Positions 8,186 through 17,215 of a DNA stretch of 26,102 nucleotides are shown here, piece by piece. A program made the translations under genes and the position numbers. The stretch comes from a virus (Duplodnaviria > Caudoviricetes): IMG/VR virus record IMGVR_UViG_3300017754_000339, positions 1-26,102 of that record. One strand, 5' to 3'. Under the pieces are notes generated by a model that worked only from the letters and a program-made list of their open reading frames with translations, did no database searches and had not been told where the DNA came from. Within the stretch, counting starts at the first letter, position 1, and every line of letters starts with the position of its first letter.

Positions 8186-10480
8186 TTAACCACATAGGTA
8201 AATACAGGCTATTTGCTTTTGTTCGGTGGGGGAACTAAATGTCACTGCCTCACGTGCTTTGGCCACGGTGTAGCTACGCACAATATCATCAGCCTGACGC
8301 ATCCCCTTGCCAGCAATAGACGACGTTACGATCAAGTCACCAGCAGCAATATCGCCACCTTCACCACACACATTGATCTGTCCTTCGCCTAGCGCGTTGA
8401 TAGCTATTGTGTTATACGAAAGACAATCAGTGTCATAGTCTGGAGACATTATGTTCTGCCTAGTTTCCTCGCTAAATCCAATAATATAGACAGCTGGCTG
8501 TGAGTTAGTTAGTGGTTTAGGTGCGGCGCAAACCACGCCAAGAACAGCCTTTTGATTTGCCATACTACTATTGGCAACTAATGTAATTGTGGAAGAAATT
8601 CCGTTTCTACGGATGACCGCTGTATCAGTAACAATATCGCCGACTGTAAAAGTATCCGCTATAAGCGTAAGCGCATCATGGGTTCCAGTAAACGGACCGT
8701 AGTTAGTACCGGAACCTTCTGCATAGAAGTCGTATCCGCTAGCTTCACCAATCAATCCTGATGCACTATTTCTATTATTTCTTCCACGTACGCCATGGTT
8801 AGTAGTGCTAACACTAGAATTAGTAGCCACGCCATATACACCAATCCCTGAAGTGCTACTACTTCCTGTTACACCAGTTCCACTAGTAGCCGATCCTCTA
8901 ACACCACCTATAGTAGTTCCAGAACCGTAAATAGCATCGGCGCCAGTTGCAGTAGCGTAAACAGCAGGAAGTGTGACCGTGCTGGTAACGTAGATAAGGC
9001 CACTTGTATCACCGCCTACAGTAATTGTAGAATCACCAGCTGCGTTGTATACGATAAGCTTATTGGTAGCGGCGGAAAGAACTACTCGTGCACCAGTTGT
9101 AGCAGTCTGAATAGTTCCGCCAGTAATCGTACCCCCAGTAACAGTCAGCGCTGTACCGTTCCACGTCATTTTAGTGCCAGCAGAATTACCAATGGAGAAC
9201 TTATACGCTGTACTGTCGTAACCTAGAAAGAATCCAGTGCCAGTATCGTAGGCGGTCTGACCACCTTTAATATGACCAGTTGTTCCCATTGTTAAAGCAC
9301 CAGAAACTGACAACGCCCCTGTATTGGCTGTGATCGCGCTAAGGGTAGTCGCGTTTATATCTGCAGCCTCAACAGTACCTGCGTAAATAACACCAGCACC
9401 CAACGTACCAGTGGTTATCTTGTCAGCAGTAAGTGAACCTATCTGTGCGCTGTTTATCGTGGCGTTAACAATCGTAGCACCGTCGATGTATACACCCGGA
9501 GCAAGCGTAGTGCCGTTTGCGGTAAGTGACTTAGTGAGAACCGCTAGAGGAACACTACTTGCTATCTGCCAAGTAACAGTGCCGTCAGTAACTAAAGAGC
9601 CAATAGCACCAGCAATACTTGGCGCTGTTCCACCAGATGTACCAGCGACTTTGCATATTAAAACTTTTGTAACAACGCCAGAAATACGAACTGAACTATT
9701 CTGTACGTAGGCTGTACTGTTAGCGCGTAGAGGTAAGCCAGTAGTAGCCCCACTGGTAGCCATTGGCGTAGTGATTGCAAATCTATCTACGTTAACAAAG
9801 AAATCAGATGTAGGATCACCACCTTCAGAGAGCGTGGACATAAGTCCGAATCCACTTAGAGAACCAGCGTTGCTCATCTTAACCATGTATAGGTTATTGA
9901 TGTTGGTAATCTCAGTGGTGTTGTCAGTAATGGCTGTATTTAGCGCAGTACTTAGCTCAGAAGATGTAATCGATCCCGTAAGAACATCTAGCAAATATGC
10001 AGGGTCTGTTCCAGTTTGACCCAGTGTACCGGCAGCTGAGTTATAGGGACCAAACTGATCTAGGACATTAACATATCTAATCCAGTAGTACTTAGTCGCA
10101 GCCGCTCCAACATTGTCTACATAGACGGCGCTAGGGGATACACCTATTTTTACTGAAGTAGTAATATCGTTAGTAGCAGAAGACCAAACCTCTGCGTGCA
10201 TATGGCCAGCGTACTTGGGACGATCCCACGTCAATATAATATTGGCAAGTGCACCTGATGCAGCTAAATTAGCTGGTGCTGGCGGAGTTCCATAAACAGC
10301 AGTATCGTCTACAGGAACAACAGAACCACCCGGACCTGACGAGGCAATACCACCTCTAACCAGATCACGAACAGTTATGATTCTATCGTTACCAGTAGCG
10401 TTAAATGCTTCCCGTACGCGATCAATAAAGTTCCGCAGGTCTCTAGGTATGTTCGATGTTACTGAAGGTAGCTTAGACAT
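8186..10480 (-). CDS. Tail spike/host-specificity protein, 764 aa (FN3-like N-terminus, beta-repeats, putative C-terminal chaperone)
   Basis: PPAPANLAASG...ILTWD...YYWIRYVN is FN3-like. SGFGL...FFVNVDRFAI...IVNATINSAQIGSLTADKI is J/DUF1983-like. GVxG repeats follow, then C-terminal GEGQINVCGEGGDIAAGDLIVTSSIAGKGMRQ. Confidence 0.75.
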   Translation of the reverse strand: MSKLPSVTSNIPRDLRNFIDRVREAFNATGNDRIITVRDLVRGGIASSGPGGSVVPVDDTAVYGTPPAPANLAASGALANIILTWDRPKYAGHMHAEVWSSATNDITTSVKIGVSPSAVYVDNVGAAATKYYWIRYVNVLDQFGPYNSAAGTLGQTGTDPAYLLDVLTGSITSSELSTALNTAITDNTTEITNINNLYMVKMSNAGSLSGFGLMSTLSEGGDPTSDFFVNVDRFAITTPMATSGATTGLPLRANSTAYVQNSSVRISGVVTKVLICKVAGTSGGTAPSIAGAIGSLVTDGTVTWQIASSVPLAVLTKSLTANGTTLAPGVYIDGATIVNATINSAQIGSLTADKITTGTLGAGVIYAGTVEAADINATTLSAITANTGALSVSGALTMGTTGHIKGGQTAYDTGTGFFLGYDSTAYKFSIGNSAGTKMTWNGTALTVTGGTITGGTIQTATTGARVVLSAATNKLIVYNAAGDSTITVGGDTSGLIYVTSTVTLPAVYATATGADAIYGSGTTIGGVRGSATSGTGVTGSSSTSGIGVYGVATNSSVSTTNHGVRGRNNRNSASGLIGEASGYDFYAEGSGTNYGPFTGTHDALTLIADTFTVGDIVTDTAVIRRNGISSTITLVANSSMANQKAVLGVVCAAPKPLTNSQPAVYIIGFSEETRQNIMSPDYDTDCLSYNTIAINALGEGQINVCGEGGDIAAGDLIVTSSIAGKGMRQADDIVRSYTVAKAREAVTFSSPTEQKQIACIYLCG

Positions 10481-13400
10481 TCGCCAATTCCTCCATAGCT
10501 TGTGCCATAGCGAAGAAGAATATTTCAGAACTACCCTCGAACTGAACCTCTATGTCGCGCCCCTGCATAACAGGTAGCCTGAACACATCACGATCAGCAA
10601 CCGTCTTAGTATATATAAGCGCCGAGTCCATATAGAACTTAGCAGTCACGGGGTATACCTCGGCTCCTAGTTGCGCATAGTTAAAACCAGTAACTGACGG
10701 TAATGTGAATTTCTTAGAGCGCCAAATGTAGCTCTTCGCCGTACCTTCCAACCACTTCTTGACCGACCTATCAGTAGACGCGACAAACAGTTGATCCCGT
10801 TGCAGGTCGTTATAGCCAGCTTCTGCATAGATATCATGCAAGATGAACTGGCTCGTTGTCATGTCGAAGATAAAGCCACCGCTAATCGTTCCGTTGTTGT
10901 AGAACGCCACATACTTCATATCGTGCATATAAGCATGGATAGAAGTAGGTTTAAAGTACGTTTGCCACTGAGCGCGGGTAAACATATTTTCCGTTATTAC
11001 TTTGGAACCACCGGGAGTCAGCACTACTAACCCGTCAGGACTAGCGTAAATAACAACACCGTTCTGGCTCACGATACTGCGCTTCGATGCACACGACTGC
11101 TCAAGATCGGATTTAACAACCGCCATGGATTCTGGGCTAGTACCCTGAATGAAGTACGGCGTTCCAGTAGTCAACACCGCGAGCGTGGTATCCATGCGAC
11201 CTAATCCAACAACGGGATAGTCAACACTCTGCATATATTGCACTGGCCAAGCATGAGGGTGATACGGATCGCAGAAGTAAACGTCACGCCCGACGAAGCC
11301 AGCCATCATTCCATTAGGAAGATTGATCAGGCCAGCTAAGTTAGCAGGGGGAGGGAGCCAGTTAGTAGTCGGAAGTTCTTCTGATAACTCATCAGACAAT
11401 AGCGTGTCAGTGTAGTTTTTAGTACCCGCCTCTAGTTCCGTAACGAATAAGAACACGCCACTAACGCTGCGATATAGACGTTTATGCGTAACAATATAGC
11501 CCGTAGGAGCAGTTGCGAAACCGCTAAGCGAGACAGTCTGTTCGTAGTGAACATCAACAATATCTGATGGTGCAGAGGGGCCTGACTCAAACTCAAAACC
11601 AGACTCTTTATTTACCCATGTGTACACGTAAGTACGTGACTCAGTAGTAGAAGCCGCAGCAATATCGCCTACGCCGGTTAACGTCACGTAATCCGTAATA
11701 CTAGGATAAGTTCCTTCACGAAGTCGTAACGTAGCTGACGTTCCTGTGGCCACAGATGTAACTTCTGCAATAGGAGAAATGGCACCATACACAGTGACAT
11801 TGGCGTTTAGTCCAACTAAGAAGTACACATTTCCAGCGACAGCATGATCGTACACGTAAAACTTAGCTTCGCCAGCAGAAGTAAGTGTAGATAAATATGC
11901 ACCTTCTAATAGGTCAAGCTCAGTCTGCGTGAGGATTACTTTTGCAGGTGCAGCAGCATCTGAGTTGGCAGAAGACAGTGTAGTAACTACAGTTCCACTA
12001 GGTGCGGTGTACCGTGCGTAAGCCAATTCATCACTACCACCAGTACCTTTTACATTAGGTGTGAAGTACAGTACGCTGCCATAAGCAGTTGTAGTTAATA
12101 TAGGCGACCCAGTATTTGCAGGTACACGAGGCATCGCTAAGCTACGCGACAGCAATGTAATGATAGGCGTAACACCGCCGGGGTCTGGGTTTGTAGCATA
12201 GCGAGAGTAGCTAAAGTCACCAACGGCACCAGCGACAGCGGAGATAACAACGGTAGTTCCAACGACTGCAATCTTGAGCGCGTCAACACCACCTACTTGC
12301 TCTAGTACACCATTAAGCGCAGCAGCAAGCGTGGTAGCCGTGTAAGAGGCAGACGCAGTTATTAACCTAGCAATAACGTCATTACTTCCACCGACCACCA
12401 TAGCAATATCGATGTACATACCGACTGCACTAATGTTGGTAATCTCAGTAGCTGTCAGAACGATCTGGCCGTAGGTAAATGCTTTAGCTAAGTCTGCAGC
12501 AGTAACATCAGAGCTATTAGCAATAACACGGGCGCTGTCGCCGGTTATGAACACACCGTTAGTCTTAACAGAGATGTCGATTGCGTTGCCAACGTCTACA
12601 GAACTAATTTCCGTATCCAGCACAATAAGGGAATTGATGGTGCTTGAACTACCTACCAACGCGCCGCTGTCGTAACCAGAGTACGTAAAGGTTCCATCGG
12701 TATTAGTCGTAGTACCAACTCGGATGCGTATATCTAGCGTAGCAGTTTCGCCTGTAGTATCAGTAATAACAGTAATTGCACCATCTTCTGTGGTAGCTGA
12801 AATACCAGTAGCCGCAGTCAAAGCCGCTGTAATAGCTACAGCAGTTAGTGTAGGCGTGGCAACATTTGTGTAGCTAGTGCCACCGTTCAGACTAAAGTCA
12901 ATACCGTAAGTGGTAGTTACTTGTGCAATGTTGTTAGCAGAAATAAACACAGATGCAGGAGTAGTCTCCGCAGCGTAAGCCCCAAGGGACGCAGTTAACG
13001 CAGATGTTGGGATAGGTAGTCCAAGTGGACGAGATACAGCAGGGTATGCGGAACCAGATAAGGCTATGGAATTATAGGTAGCCTTGGGTGCGCCGTCCCC
13101 TGTATAGAACGTCCACTCCGATGTGTCGCCAGCAATCTGGCTTCGGCAAACGTCTACATCAGAGGACCAGTTAAACCAGTACTGCGTATCAGAGTCTAAG
13201 TCTTGCCCAAAACGATAGATAGTCTTTGGTACGCCGGTCTTGCCTAGTGTAAGAAGAGAACTTCCGAGACCAGCAAGGGGTTGTAGCGACCCAGAAAACA
13301 CAGGGCAGTTAAGTGCAACCTGAGCCTGTGTATCCTGAAGATACCGCGCTGGTGTTTTGGGAGATATACCCCCAAAAGATTGAATCGCTATTAGAGCCAT
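10473..13400 (-). CDS. Tail nozzle/stabilization protein with large internal insertion, 975 aa
   Basis: N-terminus IQSFGGISPKTPARYL...AQVALN. C-terminal beta-rich region SRTYVYTWV...ESGPS, LPNGMMAGF, PYHPHAWP, VIYASPDGLV and YIWRSKKF resembles 933W-like podovirus nozzle proteins. Confidence 0.75.
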   Translation of the reverse strand: MALIAIQSFGGISPKTPARYLQDTQAQVALNCPVFSGSLQPLAGLGSSLLTLGKTGVPKTIYRFGQDLDSDTQYWFNWSSDVDVCRSQIAGDTSEWTFYTGDGAPKATYNSIALSGSAYPAVSRPLGLPIPTSALTASLGAYAAETTPASVFISANNIAQVTTTYGIDFSLNGGTSYTNVATPTLTAVAITAALTAATGISATTEDGAITVITDTTGETATLDIRIRVGTTTNTDGTFTYSGYDSGALVGSSSTINSLIVLDTEISSVDVGNAIDISVKTNGVFITGDSARVIANSSDVTAADLAKAFTYGQIVLTATEITNISAVGMYIDIAMVVGGSNDVIARLITASASYTATTLAAALNGVLEQVGGVDALKIAVVGTTVVISAVAGAVGDFSYSRYATNPDPGGVTPIITLLSRSLAMPRVPANTGSPILTTTAYGSVLYFTPNVKGTGGSDELAYARYTAPSGTVVTTLSSANSDAAAPAKVILTQTELDLLEGAYLSTLTSAGEAKFYVYDHAVAGNVYFLVGLNANVTVYGAISPIAEVTSVATGTSATLRLREGTYPSITDYVTLTGVGDIAAASTTESRTYVYTWVNKESGFEFESGPSAPSDIVDVHYEQTVSLSGFATAPTGYIVTHKRLYRSVSGVFLFVTELEAGTKNYTDTLLSDELSEELPTTNWLPPPANLAGLINLPNGMMAGFVGRDVYFCDPYHPHAWPVQYMQSVDYPVVGLGRMDTTLAVLTTGTPYFIQGTSPESMAVVKSDLEQSCASKRSIVSQNGVVIYASPDGLVVLTPGGSKVITENMFTRAQWQTYFKPTSIHAYMHDMKYVAFYNNGTISGGFIFDMTTSQFILHDIYAEAGYNDLQRDQLFVASTDRSVKKWLEGTAKSYIWRSKKFTLPSVTGFNYAQLGAEVYPVTAKFYMDSALIYTKTVADRDVFRLPVMQGRDIEVQFEGSSEIFFFAMAQAMEELANV

Positions 13401-13418
13401 TACATCCCCTTACTATCA

Positions 13419-14489
13419 TCAAGCTGCTTGCGGCAGCGCGTCTTGTTGCATCATTTTTAAGTTATTAGCAATTCGTACATCACTAGGCGCAATTTTAGCC
13501 GCAATATCACAGTAATCAAGCGCTTTCTCTGTTTGACCTAAATTCCATGCTGCAATAGATGCCAGATCAGGCAATGGTTCTTCCCATACCCTAGGGTCGC
13601 AGGTATAGACAAGTTCCTTGGTTTTGATGGCCAATCCAGCTTCAGCAGCCTGTAAACACTCAGCCCAATTACTTTTCATGTACTGCGCCATAGCCAGATC
13701 ATGCCAAGGCTCACGAGTATTCGGTGCCACTACAGTAGCTCGCTTGTACCAAACTAGCGCAGTATCCTTATCGCCAAGGGCATCGTAGGCTTTACCGAGT
13801 AGGCGCATTGCATAGCAGCGTTCGTTAGGCCATGTAGCTTCTGGGTTCTCAAGATACTTATTCAGTGCGACAACGGCATCCACCCACTTGCTATAAAAAG
13901 TAAGCTCACGAGCATAGTAGAAGGCGTTCCTTGGGCAATGCGGGTCTTCAGTCACAGCCAGTTTCAACAGATCAAGATATTGGCCACGGGACTTGGTTGG
14001 GTCAGGATGATGACTAACTAACAACATATCCGTATGGGCATATATTTCATTAATACGTCCGTCAGGGCGTGGATACTCATGGACGGGATGGTGCCAGTGG
14101 TAGCCATTGCGGTGATGAATCTTCTCGTAGTAGAACGAAATGCCACAGCCCCAGTCAAACTTATAACGAAGTCGTGTGGTCTCAGCCTTCCATACGCGCT
14201 CAATCTCTTGCCGCCAGCAGGGTTCCATAATCTCGTCCAAGTCCAGCGAGATGCAAACGTCGTAATCCTTTGGGATCAATGCCAGTGCAGCATCACGCGC
14301 CTTATCAAAGCGCCATGGGGACACATGAATATTAACTACATCAGCACCATTTGCCTTGGCCAACTCCACCGTATTGTCCGTAGAACCCGTGTCAGCAATA
14401 AGAATCATATCTGCAGCACTAGCAGATTTACAGAATCGTTCTACAAACTCAGATTCATTTTTACTAATGGCATAGACAGCAATTTTCAT
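13419..14489 (-). CDS. Family 2 glycosyltransferase with C-terminal TPR repeats, 356 aa
   Basis: GT-A motifs: VYAISKNE, IADTGSTDNT, FDKARDAAL, SLDLDE (DxD), HPVHE. TPR-like helices: FYYARE, RLLGKAYDALG, REPWHDLA. Confidence 0.92.
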   Translation of the reverse strand: MKIAVYAISKNESEFVERFCKSASAADMILIADTGSTDNTVELAKANGADVVNIHVSPWRFDKARDAALALIPKDYDVCISLDLDEIMEPCWRQEIERVWKAETTRLRYKFDWGCGISFYYEKIHHRNGYHWHHPVHEYPRPDGRINEIYAHTDMLLVSHHPDPTKSRGQYLDLLKLAVTEDPHCPRNAFYYARELTFYSKWVDAVVALNKYLENPEATWPNERCYAMRLLGKAYDALGDKDTALVWYKRATVVAPNTREPWHDLAMAQYMKSNWAECLQAAEAGLAIKTKELVYTCDPRVWEEPLPDLASIAAWNLGQTEKALDYCDIAAKIAPSDVRIANNLKMMQQDALPQAA

Positions 14490-14497
14490 AGTTTCCT

Positions 14498-14977
14498 CTA
14501 TTTAGTTTTATTTTCTAAGGCTTCGTACTGCTTGTAGCACTGCTTGAGTTCGGCACGGAGGGTATTGGCTCGGGCAGCTTCCCCTGCAAGAAACTCTCCA
14601 TCCGGGCGATAAAGTCCTGATCCAGTACATCCTGCGGTAATTTGTCCAACACTGGCGGTTTGGGGCACTCCACTGCTTTCGGTGGGGCGGGTCGAGCGGT
14701 CGCGCAGGCTGTTAGTAAGAGCGGCAGCACGAGCACTAATGTTGCGTATCTCACGGTCTTTCTCCTGTCTTAGTTTATCAGCGTTGGCTTGTAGCTCTTG
14801 TTCTTTTGCCCTAGCCTCGGCTTGGCCTTTAGCATACTCAGCATACTGAGCAGCCTTTTCCTTATCCCACATCTGTTGAATAGCTGCACGACCGGCAGTA
14901 TCCCCCTTGGAGTAACCGATACCCAAAGCAATGCCAGCGACAATCACGCCGCCAGCTACCGCCACTAAGGGACTCAT
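14498..14977 (-). CDS. Inner-membrane spanin (Rz-like), 159 aa
   Basis: N-terminal TM helix, long coiled coil and C-terminal Cys. It contains an embedded lipoprotein gene. Confidence 0.85.
   Translation of the reverse strand: MSPLVAVAGGVIVAGIALGIGYSKGDTAGRAAIQQMWDKEKAAQYAEYAKGQAEARAKEQELQANADKLRQEKDREIRNISARAAALTNSLRDRSTRPTESSGVPQTASVGQITAGCTGSGLYRPDGEFLAGEAARANTLRAELKQCYKQYEALENKTK
14515..14754 (-). CDS. Outer-membrane spanin lipoprotein (Rz1-like), embedded out of frame, 79 aa
   Basis: GTG start after AGGAG, lipobox LTAC, Pro-rich mature part. Fully nested in the i-spanin gene. Confidence 0.85.
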   Translation of the reverse strand: MRYATLVLVLPLLLTACATARPAPPKAVECPKPPVLDKLPQDVLDQDFIARMESFLQGKLPEPIPSVPNSSSATSSTKP

Positions 14978-15138
14978 TTCTTCTTGCCGTCCGGTACTTT
15001 CGTGCCTTCTAGTTTCTTATGTACTTTGATCGTTTTGCAGACTTCCTTCTTGCCTTCCATGTGGCAAACCTTCTTCATCTCGCCACCGGCGTAGGCGTTA
15101 AACGAGATCAGGCAAAGTAGGGCGATGAGTTTCTTCAT
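14974..15138 (-). CDS. Small secreted Lys-rich two-Cys peptide, 54 aa (not in ORF track)
   Basis: Hand translation gives MKKLIALLCLISFNAYA|GGEMKKVCHMEGKKEVCKTIKVHKKLEGTKVPDGKKK. GGAG lies upstream and the stop overlaps the i-spanin start (ATGA). It fills the only gap in the cassette. Confidence 0.85.
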   Translation of the reverse strand: MKKLIALLCLISFNAYAGGEMKKVCHMEGKKEVCKTIKVHKKLEGTKVPDGKKK

Positions 15139-15139
15139 G

Positions 15140-15583
15140 TCAGTCAATCTCCGGTTGGTGAGCAGGTGGTGGGGCTGGCTTTCCGCCGAATCCAGTTATT
15201 ACAGGTGCAGCAGTCATGGGTTCCAGCATAGGTTCCATACGCCCAACCCGTTGTCCTTGACACTGCATTGGAGCTGGAGGGGCTGGTGGCGTAGGTGGAT
15301 TGTATGCCTGTGTCATCGACGGTGGCAATGGCTCATGCTTCTCGTTGTTTAGCGTCTGCCAGATTTGATTGATAATCGTCGGCAGAAATATGGCCAGAGG
15401 TGTCAGGATCGCGAACATTGCCTTGTCGTTTGGCGATTGGCCAGACATCGGCTGTGTTACGAACATGACGCCGTAGAGAATGACGAATACAACCCCCATG
15501 AAGGAGGCTGTGAGGGAGAGGATAATCAGTAGCTTAATGAACTCATGGATTACATCTCGAAGTTCTGTGGCTGTCCATTTCAT
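15140..15583 (-). CDS. Two-TM membrane protein with Pro-rich tail, 147 aa (lysis cassette)
   Basis: Two hydrophobic segments flank QPMSGQSPNDK. ATGA overlap with the upstream lipoprotein gene. Confidence 0.75.
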   Translation of the reverse strand: MKWTATELRDVIHEFIKLLIILSLTASFMGVVFVILYGVMFVTQPMSGQSPNDKAMFAILTPLAIFLPTIINQIWQTLNNEKHEPLPPSMTQAYNPPTPPAPPAPMQCQGQRVGRMEPMLEPMTAAPVITGFGGKPAPPPAHQPEID

Positions 15584-15768
15584 TGGTTCACCCTCGGTGG
15601 TGGTATTAAGTCGTTAGGACAGGTAGCAGTGGCGGTACAGATAGGCGGCTTACACTCGGCTTTGTCCCAATTAGTTGGGTCTTGGCATGGATACCTGAAC
15701 CTATCTTCACAACTAGCGACACTAAGCAGTATGAGAACCAGAACCAAAAGTTTGTAAAGCCATGGCAT
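15580..15768 (-). CDS. Cys-rich lipoprotein, 62 aa
   Basis: Lipobox VASC followed by EDRFRYPCQDP...C...C...C. Overlaps the 3' end of the endolysin by 47 nt. Confidence 0.8.
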   Translation of the reverse strand: MPWLYKLLVLVLILLSVASCEDRFRYPCQDPTNWDKAECKPPICTATATCPNDLIPPPRVNQ

Positions 15769-16357
15769 AGTGATGCTCCCTATCTTGTAATCCGATATAG
15801 CCGCCGTTGATCGCCTTGGTCAGCCCTCTAAAGTCGTTATTATCTACAAATTTATTAAGCTTGTTCGTTTCCCAGAACCAGCAAGCTGACTGCGCTGCAC
15901 CCTCGAACGTGGCAAGATACTCAGGCACATCGTTTATGTTCATCTCCAGACTATCGGCAAAGTTCTGATAATTACTTCGGCCTGTGAGTTGGATAAGACC
16001 ACGGCCACAAAAGCGGTAGCCATCACCGCTAGACTCATCACCATTGCCCATACGACTAGCGTAGACACGGTTTGCAATCGCTTCCTGTTTGTTTGGTCTG
16101 GCACAGTACTCTTTGGCTAGTTCTTCGGTTGGGAAATACTTATGGAATAGTCTGGTTAGCGCAGCTGGCTTGTAGTTCAGATTCTCTTTCAGAACCATGA
16201 ACCCGCCGGACTCGTGGGAACACTGAGCCAAGAACGCTGCCATACGCTGTGGAGATGTAATGTCGTAATCGGGTAGGAGTTGCTCCAGTGCGTGATACCA
16301 CTGGTCGATATACGGATTCTTTGGGAGGACTTGTTTGAGTTGTGCTTTAGTTAGCAT
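15722..16357 (-). CDS. Endolysin, glycoside hydrolase family 19, 211 aa
   Basis: AAFLAQCSHESGGF...ENLNY, GDGYRFCGRGLIQLTGRSNY, SACWFW, TKAINGG. Confidence 0.95.
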   Translation of the reverse strand: MLTKAQLKQVLPKNPYIDQWYHALEQLLPDYDITSPQRMAAFLAQCSHESGGFMVLKENLNYKPAALTRLFHKYFPTEELAKEYCARPNKQEAIANRVYASRMGNGDESSGDGYRFCGRGLIQLTGRSNYQNFADSLEMNINDVPEYLATFEGAAQSACWFWETNKLNKFVDNNDFRGLTKAINGGYIGLQDREHHYAMALQTFGSGSHTA

Positions 16358-16670
16358 CGATCTTCCTAAGCCTTTCCATCTCTAAATTATGTTCTTCTAG
16401 CATCGCCCGTTTTAGCTCTCGCATACGATGAATCTCTCGTACCGCTATTACCGTTGCATTACTCATGTCCATGTACATGAACCCAAGGACAGGGATGGCG
16501 ATAACGAACACGAGAGACATGGTGAGCAGGCACACTAATAAAGCCCACGGTACGTTTCCGTCGTCCTTAGAAACACGAAAACGAGGGCCATCCAGACTAC
16601 GACGAAAAAGATTGCTCCAACCCATACTGCTTGCTCCTTCATTTCTTCGATCATCTGCCGACGTTTCCAT
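16347..16670 (-). CDS. Single-TM protein with C-terminal coiled coil, up to 107 aa (start uncertain)
   Basis: TM segment WALLVCLLTMSLVFVIAIPVLGFM followed by a charged helix. The stop overlaps the endolysin start, and the 5' part overlaps the upstream gene. Confidence 0.65.
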   Translation of the reverse strand: METSADDRRNEGASSMGWSNLFRRSLDGPRFRVSKDDGNVPWALLVCLLTMSLVFVIAIPVLGFMYMDMSNATVIAVREIHRMRELKRAMLEEHNLEMERLRKIDAN

Positions 16671-17212
16671 GCAGCTATTTGCTGCTCCCGATGCCGCTCC
16701 TCGTTAGCGACTTGCTGTTCGCCTACGATACGTGCACGCATCGCCTCGAATCGGGTATACACGTCTTTCATCTCTGGCGGAGACCGATAAACCATTTCCT
16801 CCCTAATTTCTTCTAGCATCTGATCGAGCCGTGTGCGGATTAAAACACGCTGTAGTGCTCTCCTGCTTAAAGAAACATCACCTTCGTAGACCTTAGAAGC
16901 GTTGTTTTCTTCGTCCCAGAATATCTTCTCAACTGCATCCATTGCGTCGAAGAACTTACCTAAGTGCTCACCTACCTGCGATATAGCATCGTTAGGATCG
17001 GTTTTCGCTACTTCCTGTACTCGCTGTACTTCAGCGTTGTATTGTATTTTCTCAGCAGCCGTTCGCGGCTTTGAGTTGAATTGTTGCTTTAGATCATCCA
17101 GTACTTCCTTTACTTCTCCCGCTGTACCCTTAATGTCTCTATAGAGTTTACATCCAGCCTTTGCCGCAGCGATGGCGGCGTTAGCAGCAGCTAGTAGAGT
17201 AAGTGGGTCCAC
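16535..17212 (-). CDS. Helical protein with C-terminal TM anchor, 225 aa (lysis cassette)
   Basis: GTG start, Ala-rich N-terminal helix, coiled-coil body, TM AVWVGAIFFVVVWMALVFVFL. Confidence 0.75.
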   Translation of the reverse strand: MDPLTLLAAANAAIAAAKAGCKLYRDIKGTAGEVKEVLDDLKQQFNSKPRTAAEKIQYNAEVQRVQEVAKTDPNDAISQVGEHLGKFFDAMDAVEKIFWDEENNASKVYEGDVSLSRRALQRVLIRTRLDQMLEEIREEMVYRSPPEMKDVYTRFEAMRARIVGEQQVANEERHREQQIAAWKRRQMIEEMKEQAVWVGAIFFVVVWMALVFVFLRTTETYRGLY

Positions 17213-17215
17213 ATT

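Noticed and set aside
8168-8200. Sigma70 promoter upstream of GNAT (TATGAT)
   Set aside because: A -10-like hexamer is present, but there is no properly spaced -35 or extended -10, so support is insufficient.
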